Assembly (NCBI GenBank): GCA_964234715.1
Contig: OZ174282.1
DNA length: 64,000 bases
From: Podarcis melisellensis
Taxonomy: Eukaryota
Direction: 5' to 3' (one strand)
How positions within the stretch are numbered: the stretch's first letter is position 1; each line of letters starts with the position of its first letter. Below, one piece after another: positions 14,501-27,500 of this stretch. Below the pieces are notes generated by a model. It was not told where the DNA came from, made no database searches, and was given only the letters and a program-made list of their open reading frames with translations. A program made the position numbers and the translations under genes.

Positions 14501-15838
14501 TGCAGTGGCAGAGGGCAATCCCTAACTCCTCCTTTTGTCTTGGCTTCCTGCCCAGGGCTGTGCTGGAAGGCCTCTGGCTGCGCTACAAGGGGGAGGCGGT
14601 TGAAGAAGACGTCGTGCGGGAGAGGAGGCGGCGCCTCTTGCAGACGGTCAGCTGGTTCCTCCTCACGCTCCTCCTGGCTTTGTTCATTCCTGACATTGGC
14701 AAAGTCATCTCTCTCATTGGGGGCCTGGCTGCCTGCTTCATCTTTGTTTTCCCAGGTAGTTTCCCCTGGCTGTGTGTAACAGGGGGGTTCTTATTCTGCT
14801 TTTGCTGGGGGGATCTGAACCTGAGGCTGCAAGCAGGGACCCATGGAGGTGCCTCCCCCAGCTTGATTTACCTGAGGAGTAAAGGTGCTCCCACTCCAGG
14901 GTCCCTGCCCAATGGCAGGGGGAGCCTTTCAGGCAGAAGGCTACAGAGAGGCAGAGAAGCACTTGCCCTCACACTGGGGAGTCTCCCTTAGGAGGGGAAA
15001 AGAGGACAGAGGGACTCAGAAGACCTCAGTTCACTTCTGCTTTTAGCAGAGCAGATCATAGAATCATAGAGTTGGAAGAGACCACAAGGGTCATCGAGTC
15101 CAACCCCCTGCCAAGCAGAAAACACGATCCCTTGGAACTCTATTTGGTGGTCTTTACTACCAGCCTGGCTCACCTCGCCTTGCGGGTACCTGCTCTGGAC
15201 AGGCCAGAATATTCCCCTAGCCGGAATTCTCTTACTCTCGAAGTTCAGCATGAGTTGCCACCCTTCCCACACCCACTTCCTTTGGATAAATTAGCAATTT
15301 ATTGTTAGCCCACACAACCAACTTTCTTCTGCACGGTGACTTTTCTGCAACCACCTCAGCGGTGGATCTTCTTTCACTAAAGTGTTCAAGACATACTTCC
15401 TTTGCACACCAACAAGAACCTGATATTACTCAAAACAGTTGAACATAACACTGGCTTTGTTAGAACTATTCATCATTCTGAGATTCAGATGGCTTCCAAA
15501 AAAAAAAAGCCTTGGTGGTTCCTTCTGCTTTTTTCCTTCACTGTTTTCCTCTGCTCCTTCCTTGCCAGGACTCTGCCTCATCCACACCAAGCTCTCCGAA
15601 ATACAAGAGGCCAGACCAGCCGGGTAAGAGCTGTGCTTCTTCTTTGCTGCCTCCTCTTGCCCAGTTCATCCATGTGGGGTCAGTGGTTATGGAATCATGT
15701 GTGCTTCATGCCAGTCTCCCCTCTTTTATCCATAGCTGGTGGGCGATGGTGAGCTACGGCGTCTTCATGGTTATCCTTGGAGCATTTATCTTTGGACAGA
15801 CAACTACCAACGCTATCTTTATGGATCTCAAGAAGTGA
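8572..15838 (+). CDS. SLC38A7: Sodium-coupled neutral amino acid transporter 7 (SNAT7), complete, 10 coding exons, 1380 nt / 459 aa
   Basis: Exons 8572-8832, 9554-9752, 11272-11416, 11713-11808, 12815-12872, 13977-14091, 14273-14420, 14556-14755, 15569-15623, 15736-15838. All GT-AG with phases that join into one frame. Motifs [54 protein letters not shown] and GQTTTNAIF match SLC38A7. Confidence 0.97.
10923..11068. mobile_element. Non-autonomous hAT-type MITE (146 bp)
   Basis: TIRs CAGTGGCGTAG...CTACGCCACTG with a perfect 8-bp target-site duplication TCCTGGTG at 10915-10922 and 11069-11076. Confidence 0.9.
11915..12174. mobile_element. Tc1/mariner-superfamily (Tc2/pogo-like) MITE
   Basis: TIRs CCGTATTTTTCGCTCTATAAGAC... 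and ...GTCTTAATAGAGCAAAAAATACGG, flanked by TA on both sides. Confidence 0.85.
15056..15125 (-). mobile_element. CR1-type LINE/SINE 3' tail fragment
   Basis: TCATAGAATCATAGAGTTGGAAGAGACC...GTCCAACCCCCTGC is the reverse complement of the CR1 (ATTCTATG)n terminus. Confidence 0.65.
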
Positions 15839-18117
15839 TCCCTACAACTGCCCTCGGAGGGTGCCTTTCCTCCTCTGGATTCTTGAATTCCAATTTTTGG
15901 GGATGTCTCGTGTCAGCAGGAGGCAACCGTTCCCTCCACTCTCCCCCGGTGATTGTGCTACTCCTGTTTTGTTTTGTTGGGAGCCTCTTCCGAGACTTTG
16001 ATTTCCAACTTCTTTCCCACTTGATTCTTGATAGACCAGTCAAGTCCCCACAGGGCCACTTGCTGTGCATGCAGCTTCACACTCTGAACACAAACTGAAT
16101 TCCTCTTTGCCTTTTGGGACATCGCTCTCAAAAAGGACTTTCCTTTTGCCCTTGCCTTCCACACACTTATCTAAGAGGACCCAGACCATTCACTACACAA
16201 CTTCTGCTCTAAATTTATGTGCCCGGGGGGCTCATCTTTGTATCATGACCAGTGATGTAGCAAAGGTCATGTGGTTGATAATGACATGACCTGCACAGTG
16301 TTAACTACAGCTTAATTACTTTAAGGCAGCCTTCCCCAGCCTGGTGACTGGTTTGGATGACAACTCCCATCAGCCCCAGCTAGTACAGCTGTATGGTGTT
16401 GGGACTGATGGGAGTTTCCCTCTGAAACATTTGGTAGGCACCATGTTGGTAAAGGCTGGCCTGTGGACTTGGTGCTTATTGTGGAAGTTATTTGTTTTTA
16501 TATTGTTGCTATCCTTTTACTTTTTATATTAGAAAATGAAAACTGAGGGAAAAGATCCTTGAGTTTTAGATACACATACATTGGAAAAGGGAATATTTGA
16601 CTACATTTGAGGGCATTTCCTTGGCATCAAATTCATGTAGGTCCTTCCTTCCTGTCACCTGGCTACTTCCTTCCCCTCCTTTCTGGTGAGATTCGCCAGA
16701 TTCAGATGCCACATGAACAAACTCTATTCCTTTGCTGGGCGGTGTCTCTGCTCCATCCAATCATGTTTTAACCCACAGTATTCATTTGGTTTTCAGTTGT
16801 CAGAGACCTATTTCCTTTTATGTTTTCATTTGATTAAGTTGATGCCAGATTCTGGGGCTGTAGCACAGGTTTGCCATGTGTGGGGAACCTGTAGCCGCCC
16901 CCCAGATGCTCTCATCGGCCTGTGCAACCAGCCAGGCCCAAGTGTCAGAGATGATGATGGGAGCTCTGTTAGTACAGGAGCATCTCAGGGCCACACCTTC
17001 TGTTGCAGGATCCCATTCGTATCTGTTGGTTCCAATGTGGCATTTTGTAGCATGTTCTGATGTTTACAAAGCAGATTTTTAGAAGGTCTCTATGTCCTGG
17101 CAGATGGGACTAAAGTCCAGGCTCTCTCTCAATGTCAATTATACACTAATTTTGAAGATTTTTTGTGGGGGGGAGGTGCAACGCACACCCCCAGCCTCCA
17201 TTTCAAATCTTGTGTTCCAGGATGGGTGGTGGTGGTGAGGTTTGGGATTTAATGGGACAATGTCACCATGGAAATAAGAATTAAAAAGGAAAATTCCAAC
17301 TTCTGGGTTGCTTGTGCTTTGATTCCTGTCTATTAATGCAGATCCAGTTCTAGGTGGCTTCATAGCTTGGTTCTCCTGCAGAGAGGGACAGAGAAGCCCA
17401 AAACTCTCTTACCCGCCTTCACCTTCTTCCTTGCAGGAACCATCTCTTTGCCAAACTGCCAGCTATTGAGCAACCCCTCCCAGCTTCTCTTTCACTCATT
17501 GAGCGATGCAGCATAGTTGGAGCAAAATAGTTTTGTCCCTCTCCAAGATCTGGAAATGGAGTGAGAGAGAAGACAGCTTCTAGTGGCAGCACTAGGGAAA
17601 CTGGTGTGGGCCATCCATGCAGGGTAACATTGCCTTTCAGGTTCTGTTTATCTAATCTTTATGCAACAAATTGCATTGATTAATGTTTGCATAACATATT
17701 CCTATACGTAACCAGACCCTTTGCTGCAGGCCCTTTAATTTCATATCTGTTTTTATGTTCCGCCTTTCTGCGTAGAACTCTGTGGGTCATGATCTCAAGA
17801 ACCACTGTTTAGAAAGCCAGTACAAAGAAAAATAAAACCAGTCAAAGTCACCAGCAGAAATGCTACTAAAATGTGAGAGCTGAAACAGGACTCTCAGGCT
17901 CCGCAACCAGGTGCCCTCCAGATGTTTTGGATTGCAAATCCTCTGCCAGTATCAACTACAGTGGTGTAGATGTAAGCCGACTTGGGGATTTTTCTCTTCC
18001 AGCATCCTAGATTTTAAGTTGTTCCTGGTGAATGTCTAGGTTGGAGATACCATTGAGCTGCCACGGCCTAAATAAATTAACATTATTATGTATACGACTT
18101 TGGTTTAGTGCCATGTA

Positions 18118-18343
18118 CAGTGGTACCTCAGGTTACATACGCTTCAGGTTACAGACTCCGCTAACCCAGAAATAGTACCTTGGGTTAAGAACTTTACTTC
18201 AGGATAAGAACAGAAATCGTGCTTTGGCGGTGCAGCGGCAGCAGGAGGCCCCATTAGCTAAAGTGGTGCTTCAGGTTAAGAACAGTTTCAGGTTAAGAGC
18301 AGACCTCTGGAACGAATTAAGTACTTAACCTGAGGTACCACTA
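18118..18343. mobile_element. Tigger/pogo-like MITE (226 bp)
   Basis: TA-CAGTGGTACCTC...GAGGTACCACTA-TA, with internal CAGGTTA repeats. Confidence 0.85.
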
Positions 18344-20739
18344 TACATAGGTTGAGCCAACAGAGTCACCTTTGTTTGGAGGTGAGCATGGAATAGTTTT
18401 TGTGAATGGCTTTGAGTGGGGGGGGGGCAGCTTCCCCATCTCGTATTTTTATATATTTTTATATCCTCTTCCCACAAAGGACCCTGTCCTTTAAATTCAC
18501 CATGGTGAGATTTGTATAATTTGCATCAAGAAACCTGTCTCAAACCACAGCTGTATTCCTCACTTGTGTCTTCTTTGGTGCTACCCTTTTTGGTAGGATC
18601 TGCTTGGCCTCAAACTGCACTGGCAACAAACTTTTCCAAGGGCAGGAAATGTGCTGAGTCAATAGAAAATATTTTGCCTGGAAAATAGGAGGCAGCAACC
18701 TTGAAAACCCTACTTAGAGCTTGTGTGGGTCACTGCTATTTTTATCTTATTGTACTGTATTTTTTTATTTGTTCCACCTCACACTGAGGGGGGAAATTCC
18801 AAAGGTGAAAAGTGGGCCTGATTAAGAGCAGGTGTTGCTGAGTCTCACTTCCACTTGAAGAAGGGTTCCTCAGTTTCATCCAGGTGAACTTTCTTGAAGG
18901 GTCTGAGAGGTACACAAAGACCCTCAAAGGATCAGATAACTTGATAGATGGCATTCACTTTCCCAAATTGATGGATTTGGAGAGAAATGAATATGACTGA
19001 GTAGAAAACCAGATGTCACCCCAAAGCACCTACCTTGTGTTCAATATGGGCCACCTCATCTGTGTGCCTTCCAGCATCTGCCAGGTTTGAATGGGTAAAT
19101 TTGTGAATCCACCATTGACACCTCAGGGAAGTGGGTTCTCAGAGGAGTGAATTACAGATGGTTCCTTCCAAGTGGGGTGTTTGTGCCATAGCCCATCATT
19201 TGTCTGGCTTGGGCAGACTGGTGGCATCAGGCAAGCCAGCCTGGCACTCCTGACTGAATTTAAGCTCTCAACCTGGGCAACATCTTACTGAGAGGGGGAA
19301 CCAGACTGCTGGTCTTCAGCCCATCTCAAGCTTGCACACCATGATTCCAGGCATCCAAAACTTCTAGTCCACCCTCAAATATAAATATTTCCGGCACAGC
19401 TGGATGAAACAAACTGGAGAAGGCAGCCACAGTCTGCAGCATCCACCACATCAAAGAGGGCATTTCAGGCCAGGAGGGAAAGTTTCCATGACTTTGAGAA
19501 GACGTGTTTTGCACTTTAGAAACTCTGGACCCAGCCTGTGAGCTGGCCCACACATACACACTTAGGAGATGGTTAGCATGTGGGATTGAGCCAATGCATA
19601 TCTACCAGGGAGATCAGCCTGGGCCACCACAAAGACCGCACTGTTCAACGGGATCTCTTCATACAGTCAGAAGCCGGTCTCAGTTGATGTGCTCCACATA
19701 ACTGAAAGGGTACCTTATATTTTGGAAAAGCTTGACTCCTGATGGAGAAGTGAAATTCAGCTGGGTTATGAATAAAACCACCTAATTTTTCAAACTTGTT
19801 ACTTAAGTCTGCTAGAGATCCGATATACCAACTTCCACCAGATGAGATCACCCAAGTGTCTTGTACCCTTACTTTTCCAGGTGATGCATCAGGTTTTAGC
19901 TAAGATAGTTGTGAAGTTGGAATAGAAGAGCACTGACATAATGGAGGCGCTGGACCCAGCTTTTAAAGTGGCTAATTACCATTTCTGAATTAAGTGCTGG
20001 TTTTTAAGGCTACTGGAACCAGAGGTAATTCACTGTTCTATAATTCAGTCTATCTCTATTGATCCAGTAAAGATTCAAGTCTTTCTGTAAGTGAATCAGC
20101 AGTGGTTGTTGATACACTTCATCAAATAAAAGTTTCAGATTGGGGGACTCATACATCACTGTGCTGTTTTTTTGTCACTGAGCAACAGCTTACAGTACTG
20201 TATTATTTCTACATCTAAGCTTTTCTTACCTGTCCAAATGAAATAGTTTGTTATCCTTAGTTGGTTATCCATTTTCCCCCCCAAATGTCTGGGAGACCTA
20301 GGTTTGAAAAAGAGCTAATCCAAGGATTAAAAAAATAAATAAAACCTACATACAGCAAGAGTGTTTTGTGTTGTGTAGGCTCCTATGATGTAATAGGCCC
20401 CGCCTGCTAGACTGCTCTCTAAAATATCACATATAAAGGGCCCCATTATCTTCAGTAGCTTAGGGCCTCATCAAACCTAAGTCCGGGCCTATGCCTAGAT
20501 ATTTCTGCTTCTCAGATTTTGAGAGATTCCATTAAGGAAGTGTCACTTAACCGTATCAGTACCAATTCTTGGAAAAGATTGATCATAATTTACCGTGAAG
20601 CCAGAGACTTAGCCAAATTGGTCAATCTAATCTGAAGTCTTGTTAGGCTAAATTAGGTGAAGGTGACATTTCAAAGTGACATTTCCTTCCAAAGAAGCCT
20701 GGCTTGTGTTTTGCTGGTACATTGAGCCACGCTGCCCGC

Positions 20740-20870
20740 CTTCCTATTATCTCTAGTAATCAAGAAACAATATTATGCTGTTGGCTTGTTATCAGAGTAC
20801 ACAGGCCGAGCATGATATAAGGTGCCCTGCAACTCCACCACTCTATGGCAGCCTGTCCCAAAACAGCACC
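20740..20870 (+). promoter_or_regulatory. Putative TATA-type, non-CpG-island promoter of the CTSA-like gene
   Basis: TATAAG at 20816-20821, 55 nt upstream of GCACCATG. GATA-type hexamers TTATCT (20747) and TTATCA (20789). No CpG island. Confidence 0.45.
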
Positions 20871-21558
20871 ATGCACCTCTTGTTCAGGTTGTGCGCCGTC
20901 TTCAGTGTCTCCTTTGGCCTCTGCTCAGGGACAGATGCTTCTCCGGATCTCATCACTTCCCTGCCAGGACTGTCTGAGATGCCAACCTTCCAGCAATGGT
21001 CCGGCTATCTCCAGGCAGGATCTGGCCAATACTTCCATTACTGGTAAGCAGAGAGCCAGGGAGCCAGAGATTGAATAATATTCATGTCTCCTCTTCATTG
21101 AACTGTTTGTTGCTTTTGGGTATGTGCTGGCTGACCTATGCATGCTTCCAATTGCTCATGAATTAAGAGCTAAATAGCTAATCCTGGCTAGACACATTGC
21201 TGACATCCAGGCAACAGCTGCTTCATGGACTTCCACCATTGGCAGCAGCAGCAACACTTCTGAATGCCAGTTGGTGGAAATTGCAGGATGGCAGAGCACT
21301 CTTGTGTTTGGGTCTTGCCTGCAGGTTTCCCTTGGGTTGGCCCCTATGAAAGCAGGGTGCTGGACTAGATGGGCCCCCTTGGGTGTGATCCAGCAGGCTC
21401 TTCCGATGTCCTTATGCTCTTGCTAACCGTTTGTTGAAATTGCCTTTGCCAAGATGTTCTGGATGAGTTGCAGCTTACAGAAACGTTTATGCTTCTCTAC
21501 TGCCCTGGAACTAGCTGTGTGGGGCAGCCTAAGAATAAGTTGGTTGCTTGTAACATTA

Positions 21559-21594
<36 letters not shown>

Positions 21595-24500
21595 ATAATA
21601 ATTTGTGTCTTCCCTTTACAGGCACAAATTCCCCCCAAGGCAGCTTACAAATAAAGTCAAAGTGCAATAACAATAAGACCATTATGAAAACAGAAGCTGT
21701 TTCATTTCTGGTGGTGATCCATGGCCCTGCAGAGGGGCGGGGGTGGGGGCAGGAGGGAGGCAGGCCCAGTAGGAGCAGGCTGCCATGTTGGATGTTGTAG
21801 TTCCTTGCCTGCCTCTCTCCTGGATTCCTGCCCATAAGGTAGCTGCATGGAGGAAAACGTTGATTCAGTGGGGGCTGCTTCACTAGCGTAAATGCGGCAC
21901 AGCCCCACCAACCTTAGCTATGTCACAACTGCCTGCCTTATGATTTACAACGGGCCCAGGGAGTGGCCCTGCTTGCCACCTTCCTCTTCCTCAGTCTCAG
22001 GGTTGATCTTGTAGAAGTCACTTGGGACAAAATTTTCTGGCTCTCCCTGTTGCTGGCTGTGGCTCCACCTCTCTCTGCCTACTATTAGTCTCTCTCCCTT
22101 CTGCCCCACTAGTCCCACCAGCTAACACCACATTTATTTACACCCCCAATGATGATGCCCCTGTTCTTCCTTCCATGTTCCCAATGCAGCCCCTCACTCA
22201 GCACAGGCATGCTTAGCTATAGAACTGCTGCAATATCGGGCAAAGGCAGTTTTAGGGTGGCACAACCAGAGCAGTCACACTGGGTGCCACACTGCAGGGT
22301 TCACCAAAACAATGCTGTAGAACAAAGCATAAGAGGCGAGGTTGCACCAAATATTAGTGTCACACAGGGCGTCGCTGAAATTTGAGAGCCCAAAGTCTGC
22401 TACTGCATCAGGTATCTTCCTCGGGTCTCCATTCTTTGGGCCTCCTCTAAACATATCCATCAGGGCGTTTGGTCTCTCCCTTTCTATCCTGACAGGTTTG
22501 TGGAGTCTCAGGGCAACCCAGCGACTGACCCCGTGGTGCTCTGGCTAAATGGGGGACCAGGCTGTAGTTCCATGGAAGGCCTCCTGGCTGAGAATGGACC
22601 TTTCCATGTGAGTCTGTGGCCGCTCTGTATGCTGATGGGAAAGGAGAGAAACATGGGACAAGAAAGGGGTTGTGGATCAGGCAGTTGGGGTTCAACTGGG
22701 CCTGAAGCTCTTGATCTCATCTCAAAGTTGTGGAGGCTGCCTGGGATCATTCTGTCAGGAGGGAAAGGTGCTATATACAGGTGCAGAGGCAACATTATTT
22801 ACTTACTATGAGATCACCAGAGCCAGGTGCAAAGGGGCTCTATGTTGTTTTAATTTTGCCCAAAGTTGTTGAGCTTTTGGGGATTTTCTTGGACATTTTC
22901 CTGATTTCCACCTGGACACTGCTGCCGACTGCAGTATTCTGTATGTGTCCGGGAGAATCTTGGATGTATGGCAATCCTGCAATAATGCCCAGACCAACTC
23001 ACAGGTGCCTGATTTCTCAAGGACTGGGAATCTGATACTGTGCTTGGAGGCAATTTATATGGAAGATTTAATGAACAGCATGCTGCAAATACCTCACATC
23101 CCCAAAGTAACCCGCTTTGCCTGCCTTGTGGTTTTGTGTAGCTGAATGACGATGCAACACTCTACCTGAACCCCAACAGCTGGAACAAGGTAGCCAACGT
23201 GCTTTACATGGAATCTCCGGCAGGAGTTGGCTATTCCTATGCCACAGAGGACAGCCCTATCAATGACAGCCAGGTAGGTCATTTGCTGTTCGTTCCTGGC
23301 CTACGGACCGCATTCTCTAGTAAACAAAATGGGGGCGATTCATATCACATGCCAGTGGTGGGTGGGGCAATTGATGGAATGGTGATGGTAGCAGCTGATG
23401 GGGGAAGGTTGTTAGTCCTGTGGCAGTAATATAGGGCAGAACCACACCATACATCATCATCATAATTAATTTGTACTCCACCCAACTGACTGGGTTGCCC
23501 CAGTCACTCTGGGCAGCTTCCAACAGAGTATAAAAGAACACATGATACATCAGACATTAAAAGCTTCCCAATACAGGGCTGGCTTCAGATGTCTACAGAA
23601 AGTCATATAGTTGTTTATATCTTTGACATCGGATGGGAGAGTGTTCCACTGGGTGGGAGCCACTACCAAAAAGGCCCTCTGCCTATCTCCCTGTAACTTC
23701 ACTTTTTCAAAATGAGGGGAGAGTGTTCCAATGGGTGGGAGCCACTACCAAAAAGGCCCTCTGCCTATCTCCCTGTAACTTCACTTTTTCAAAATGAGCT
23801 GGACCTCAGTCACGGTTTTAAAACACAGCCAGTGCACATTTAAATTATACGACTTCCCCTAAAGAATCCTGGGAATCGTAGATTGCTAAGGGCACTGGGA
23901 ACTGCAGCTCTTTGAGGAAGAAACTACAATTATCAGCATTCTTTGGGGGAGCCATGTGTTGTAAATGTGCATTGGCTGTGCCTTAAATGTGTGGCATGGT
24001 TCTATCCAGAGGCAATATAGACTTCCTACACAGCTGCCTGGGCTGTGAGGGATCAGCTCACAAAGTTTGTAAGTATTGTTGGGACAGATTCCATTTGCCT
24101 TACAGGTAGGAGAAGTCTTTATTTGGATGTTCATTGAGACAAATCAAGACTTCTGTCATATACTCCTGACGGATGAGGAGCAGAGGGGTGGGGTGGGGGA
24201 AGATAATGCCAGGAGTGTGTTTCTTAATGCAGCCGCACATGATATGCACATCAAACTCTGTCCTATGATTTGCACCAAAGCTAAGAGGTGGGTCAAAATT
24301 TCTCCCTACTTTAGGTAGCTGAGGACAACTACCAGGCTCTCCAGAGTTTCTTTGCTAAATTCCCAGACTTTGCAAACAACGAATTTTATGTTTTTGGGGA
24401 AAGTTATGGTGGAATCTATGTCCCCACTCTTACTGCCAAGATTGCGGAAGGATCAGCAGGCATTAACCTGAAGGTAAACACAATCGCGGTACAGGAAGCA

Positions 24501-27500
24501 GGGTCACTGGAAAACCAGGAGACCTAAGATCTTCCATGTAGGCCAAATGGCACATTTAGGGGCAATGAGTGAGCACTGCCAACCCACAAGCAGCAGCCAC
24601 TAATGCAGATTTTGCCCTGATGACAACAAGCCCTGAAGGCCTCACTTCTCTCACATCCAAAGCAGGCCACATGGAAAGGACATGCCTGGAATTTGGGAGG
24701 TGGATTCACTTTGAAGGCCTTGCTTGGTAGCTGCCTCTGAATGTCCGGTGCCATTGCCCCACATCCAGTTGTGCTGTATCTCAAGAGGCACTAGACACTA
24801 CAGTTCCTCTGCCTACTATCTTCAAACCTGGCATCAGGCCTGGTTCTAATTATAGCCTTTCAACTAACTATCCCATCATCTAGTTTCATACAACTCCTTT
24901 CTTGGCATGATCTTTTGTTATCTGATTCCTCAGGGATTTGGGGTTGGCAATGGCATGCTGAGCTATTTCCTCAATGACGAGACACTGATGGAATTTGCCT
25001 ACTACCATGGAGTGTTTGGAGATGAGTGAGTACAGAAGAGGACAAGGGGAGTTGGGTCAGCAAGTGGCCACAGGTACAAGTCAACAACTGGTAGCTCCAA
25101 GTTCACAACTGGCCTCTAAAAGAATTGTCCCTGCCTTCTCCATTTGCCAGATCAAATGAGAAGCAAAAAAGGAGAGTGGAGACTGTAGTAAAGGGTCTTG
25201 CCCTTGTCATGCATCACTGAGTACATCAGAAACAAGAAACTGGCAAGCAAGGTGGTTGGATGGCAAGTGAGTCAAAGGTGTGTTAAATAAGGGGAAGCCG
25301 TTGTTTCTTGTCAGTGAATAAAATTAGCAATTATCTCCACTGAAGAGAGGACAGAAAGAAAAGCTTAGCTTGCACAAACTGTAGGCAGAATAGTTAGGGA
25401 GGTTGTTGACATCTCCAGGGAACACAGGACAGATATCTGTCAATGTTGTTTGAACTATCTGTTCTCCTTTGTTGGGCAGGGGAGCCGGTGTGTGTGTGTG
25501 CTCACACACACTTTGTGCTTCTAAGTTGTGAACCACCCTGTGATTTTGAGTGAAGGGTGGTATACAAATGTAATGATTGAATAAAAATGAATAAGCTTCC
25601 TTCTACCTGACACTTTACCGCCTTCTTTCCTGCCTTATAGCTTGTGGGCCTCCTTGAACGAAAACTGCTGTGATGAAGGAACTTGCAACTTCTCCAGCAA
25701 CATGAACAGTGATTGTATCACGGCAGTGAGTGCCTGGACTGAAAATCCTTGATACTAACTCATGTAGTGTGCACTTTGCAAACTCAATTTGCACCTGGCC
25801 ACAAACTAGAATGTTCTAATTGTTATGCAATAATGTGTTTTGGCCTGAACTGGTAGATTATGGGTTTAGCAAAGTCTTCTGGAAATGTCTCTGCCCTATT
25901 TTGTGCCCATAGCACCTACTACACCAAATTCTCTGAACAGCATTAGGATGTTGCCAACATGTTACTACACCGTTGAAATAATTGCAATGGGTGCTAATTA
26001 CGTAGTTACTGGGCTAAGTTAAATGTGCTGGTTTTGGTGCATAAATCCCTATACACCTTGGAACTAGGATTCCTGATAATCCCACCCCTTATATATTCAG
26101 TTGATCACAGTGCTCTGTAGGTGAAGGCTGCCTGCAGATACCGTCTTATAATGAGGTCTATTCTGCACAATGTAGTAATCTGGTCCTTAGTGTTGGGGCA
26201 CCTACCCTTTGGAATCCCCTCCCCTTGAATATTACACAGGTGAAATCTCTTGTCTTTTAAGTGGTTATCTTTACCCCAGTCTGCATCTGTACTGGAATTG
26301 TTTTTAAGATTTTGGAATATGTTTTATTGCTATGTTGTTAGCTGCCCTGGGCTCCTTTGGGCAGAAGGGCAAGATATAAATTTGATAATTAACCCATAAA
26401 AATAAACTGATGACCCTCAAAGGCTATAAATATTACTGAATTCCACACATCTGTTTCCTTTCTCCTCTTTCTGCACATAAACTCAGAGCGTAGCTAACTC
26501 TTCTATCCTCTTCTTCCCTGTTCCCATCCTCAAGATATCACAAGCCTATGGAATTCTTTATGGAATTGGCCTCAACGTGTACAACCTCTACACATCTTGC
26601 TGGGGAGGAGCACACTACCAGGAGCGTTATGAAGCCGATCTGTCGAGCCTCTTCCACCACTACCAGTTTGATGTCCCAGTGCCAGTGAGTTGCTAGGCTA
26701 TCTTCATCACATTTACATCACTCAGGTGGCTCTAGCGATTCTGTGAATTTGGCAAACTTAAAAAAACCAAAAAAACACACATTTTCTTAAGCATTAATAT
26801 TCAGTATGGAAATTTATTCCTAAAAGTTAATGCTGGGAAGGCATGATTCATCCATTTATAAATGAACTATGGGCCACTTGCTGAATCAGGCTTAGGTCTG
26901 GCAAAGCAAGGTGCTGGTATCTTGCACCAGCTTTTCCCAGAAGAATTCAACCTCATCTTGCCTTCTCTTTGCTTTCACTTTCAGAAAATTGGCTCTATCC
27001 CAGGAGTGCCACATTGTATAAATGCCACTGCGATGTATGTGTGGCTGAACCAGGATGAAGTCCGGCAGGCTCTCCACATCCCCAGCACTCTCCCAGACTG
27101 GGAGCTCTGCAGGTGACTCCCATCAAATGTTTCTGCTCTTCAGAAGCTTGAAAAAGTTGTTTGGTAATGGAATGGTAATGAAGGGCAGTGGCCTGGCAAG
27201 GCTTTGTGGAAAAGTGGTGTTTCTCTGCTGGTACAGTACTGATGCACTGCAGGTTGCCAGAGCTTGATAACATATGGGTATGTACTAGGACTGAGATCAA
27301 ATGAAAATGCAGACTGCAACAAAAACAGCTTCCCCATCTTTGTTTTGACAACCCTCTAACGTGAAGCACCTGTTTCACTCTGCCCATACTTTCTTGCCCT
27401 AAGCCTGGAAGCTGGGGAAGTGATGTCAGAATTATCTGCAAGGGTAGTCTCCTTTCCCAGATAATGAAATCAAGTGAAGGGAACTGAAGATTTTATTGAT

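Noticed and set aside
18800-19950. Possible hidden minus-strand gene between SLC38A7 and the CTSA-like gene
   Set aside because: Only stop-interrupted fragments are visible (WKSKGTRHLGDLI, RCWK), weakly reminiscent of a decayed L1/Tx1 ORF2. Too degenerate to call.
20775-20870. Upstream in-frame ATG at 20775 as the CTSA-like start
   Set aside because: It lies upstream of the putative TATA box and would bury the signal peptide. ATG 20871 has the better context.
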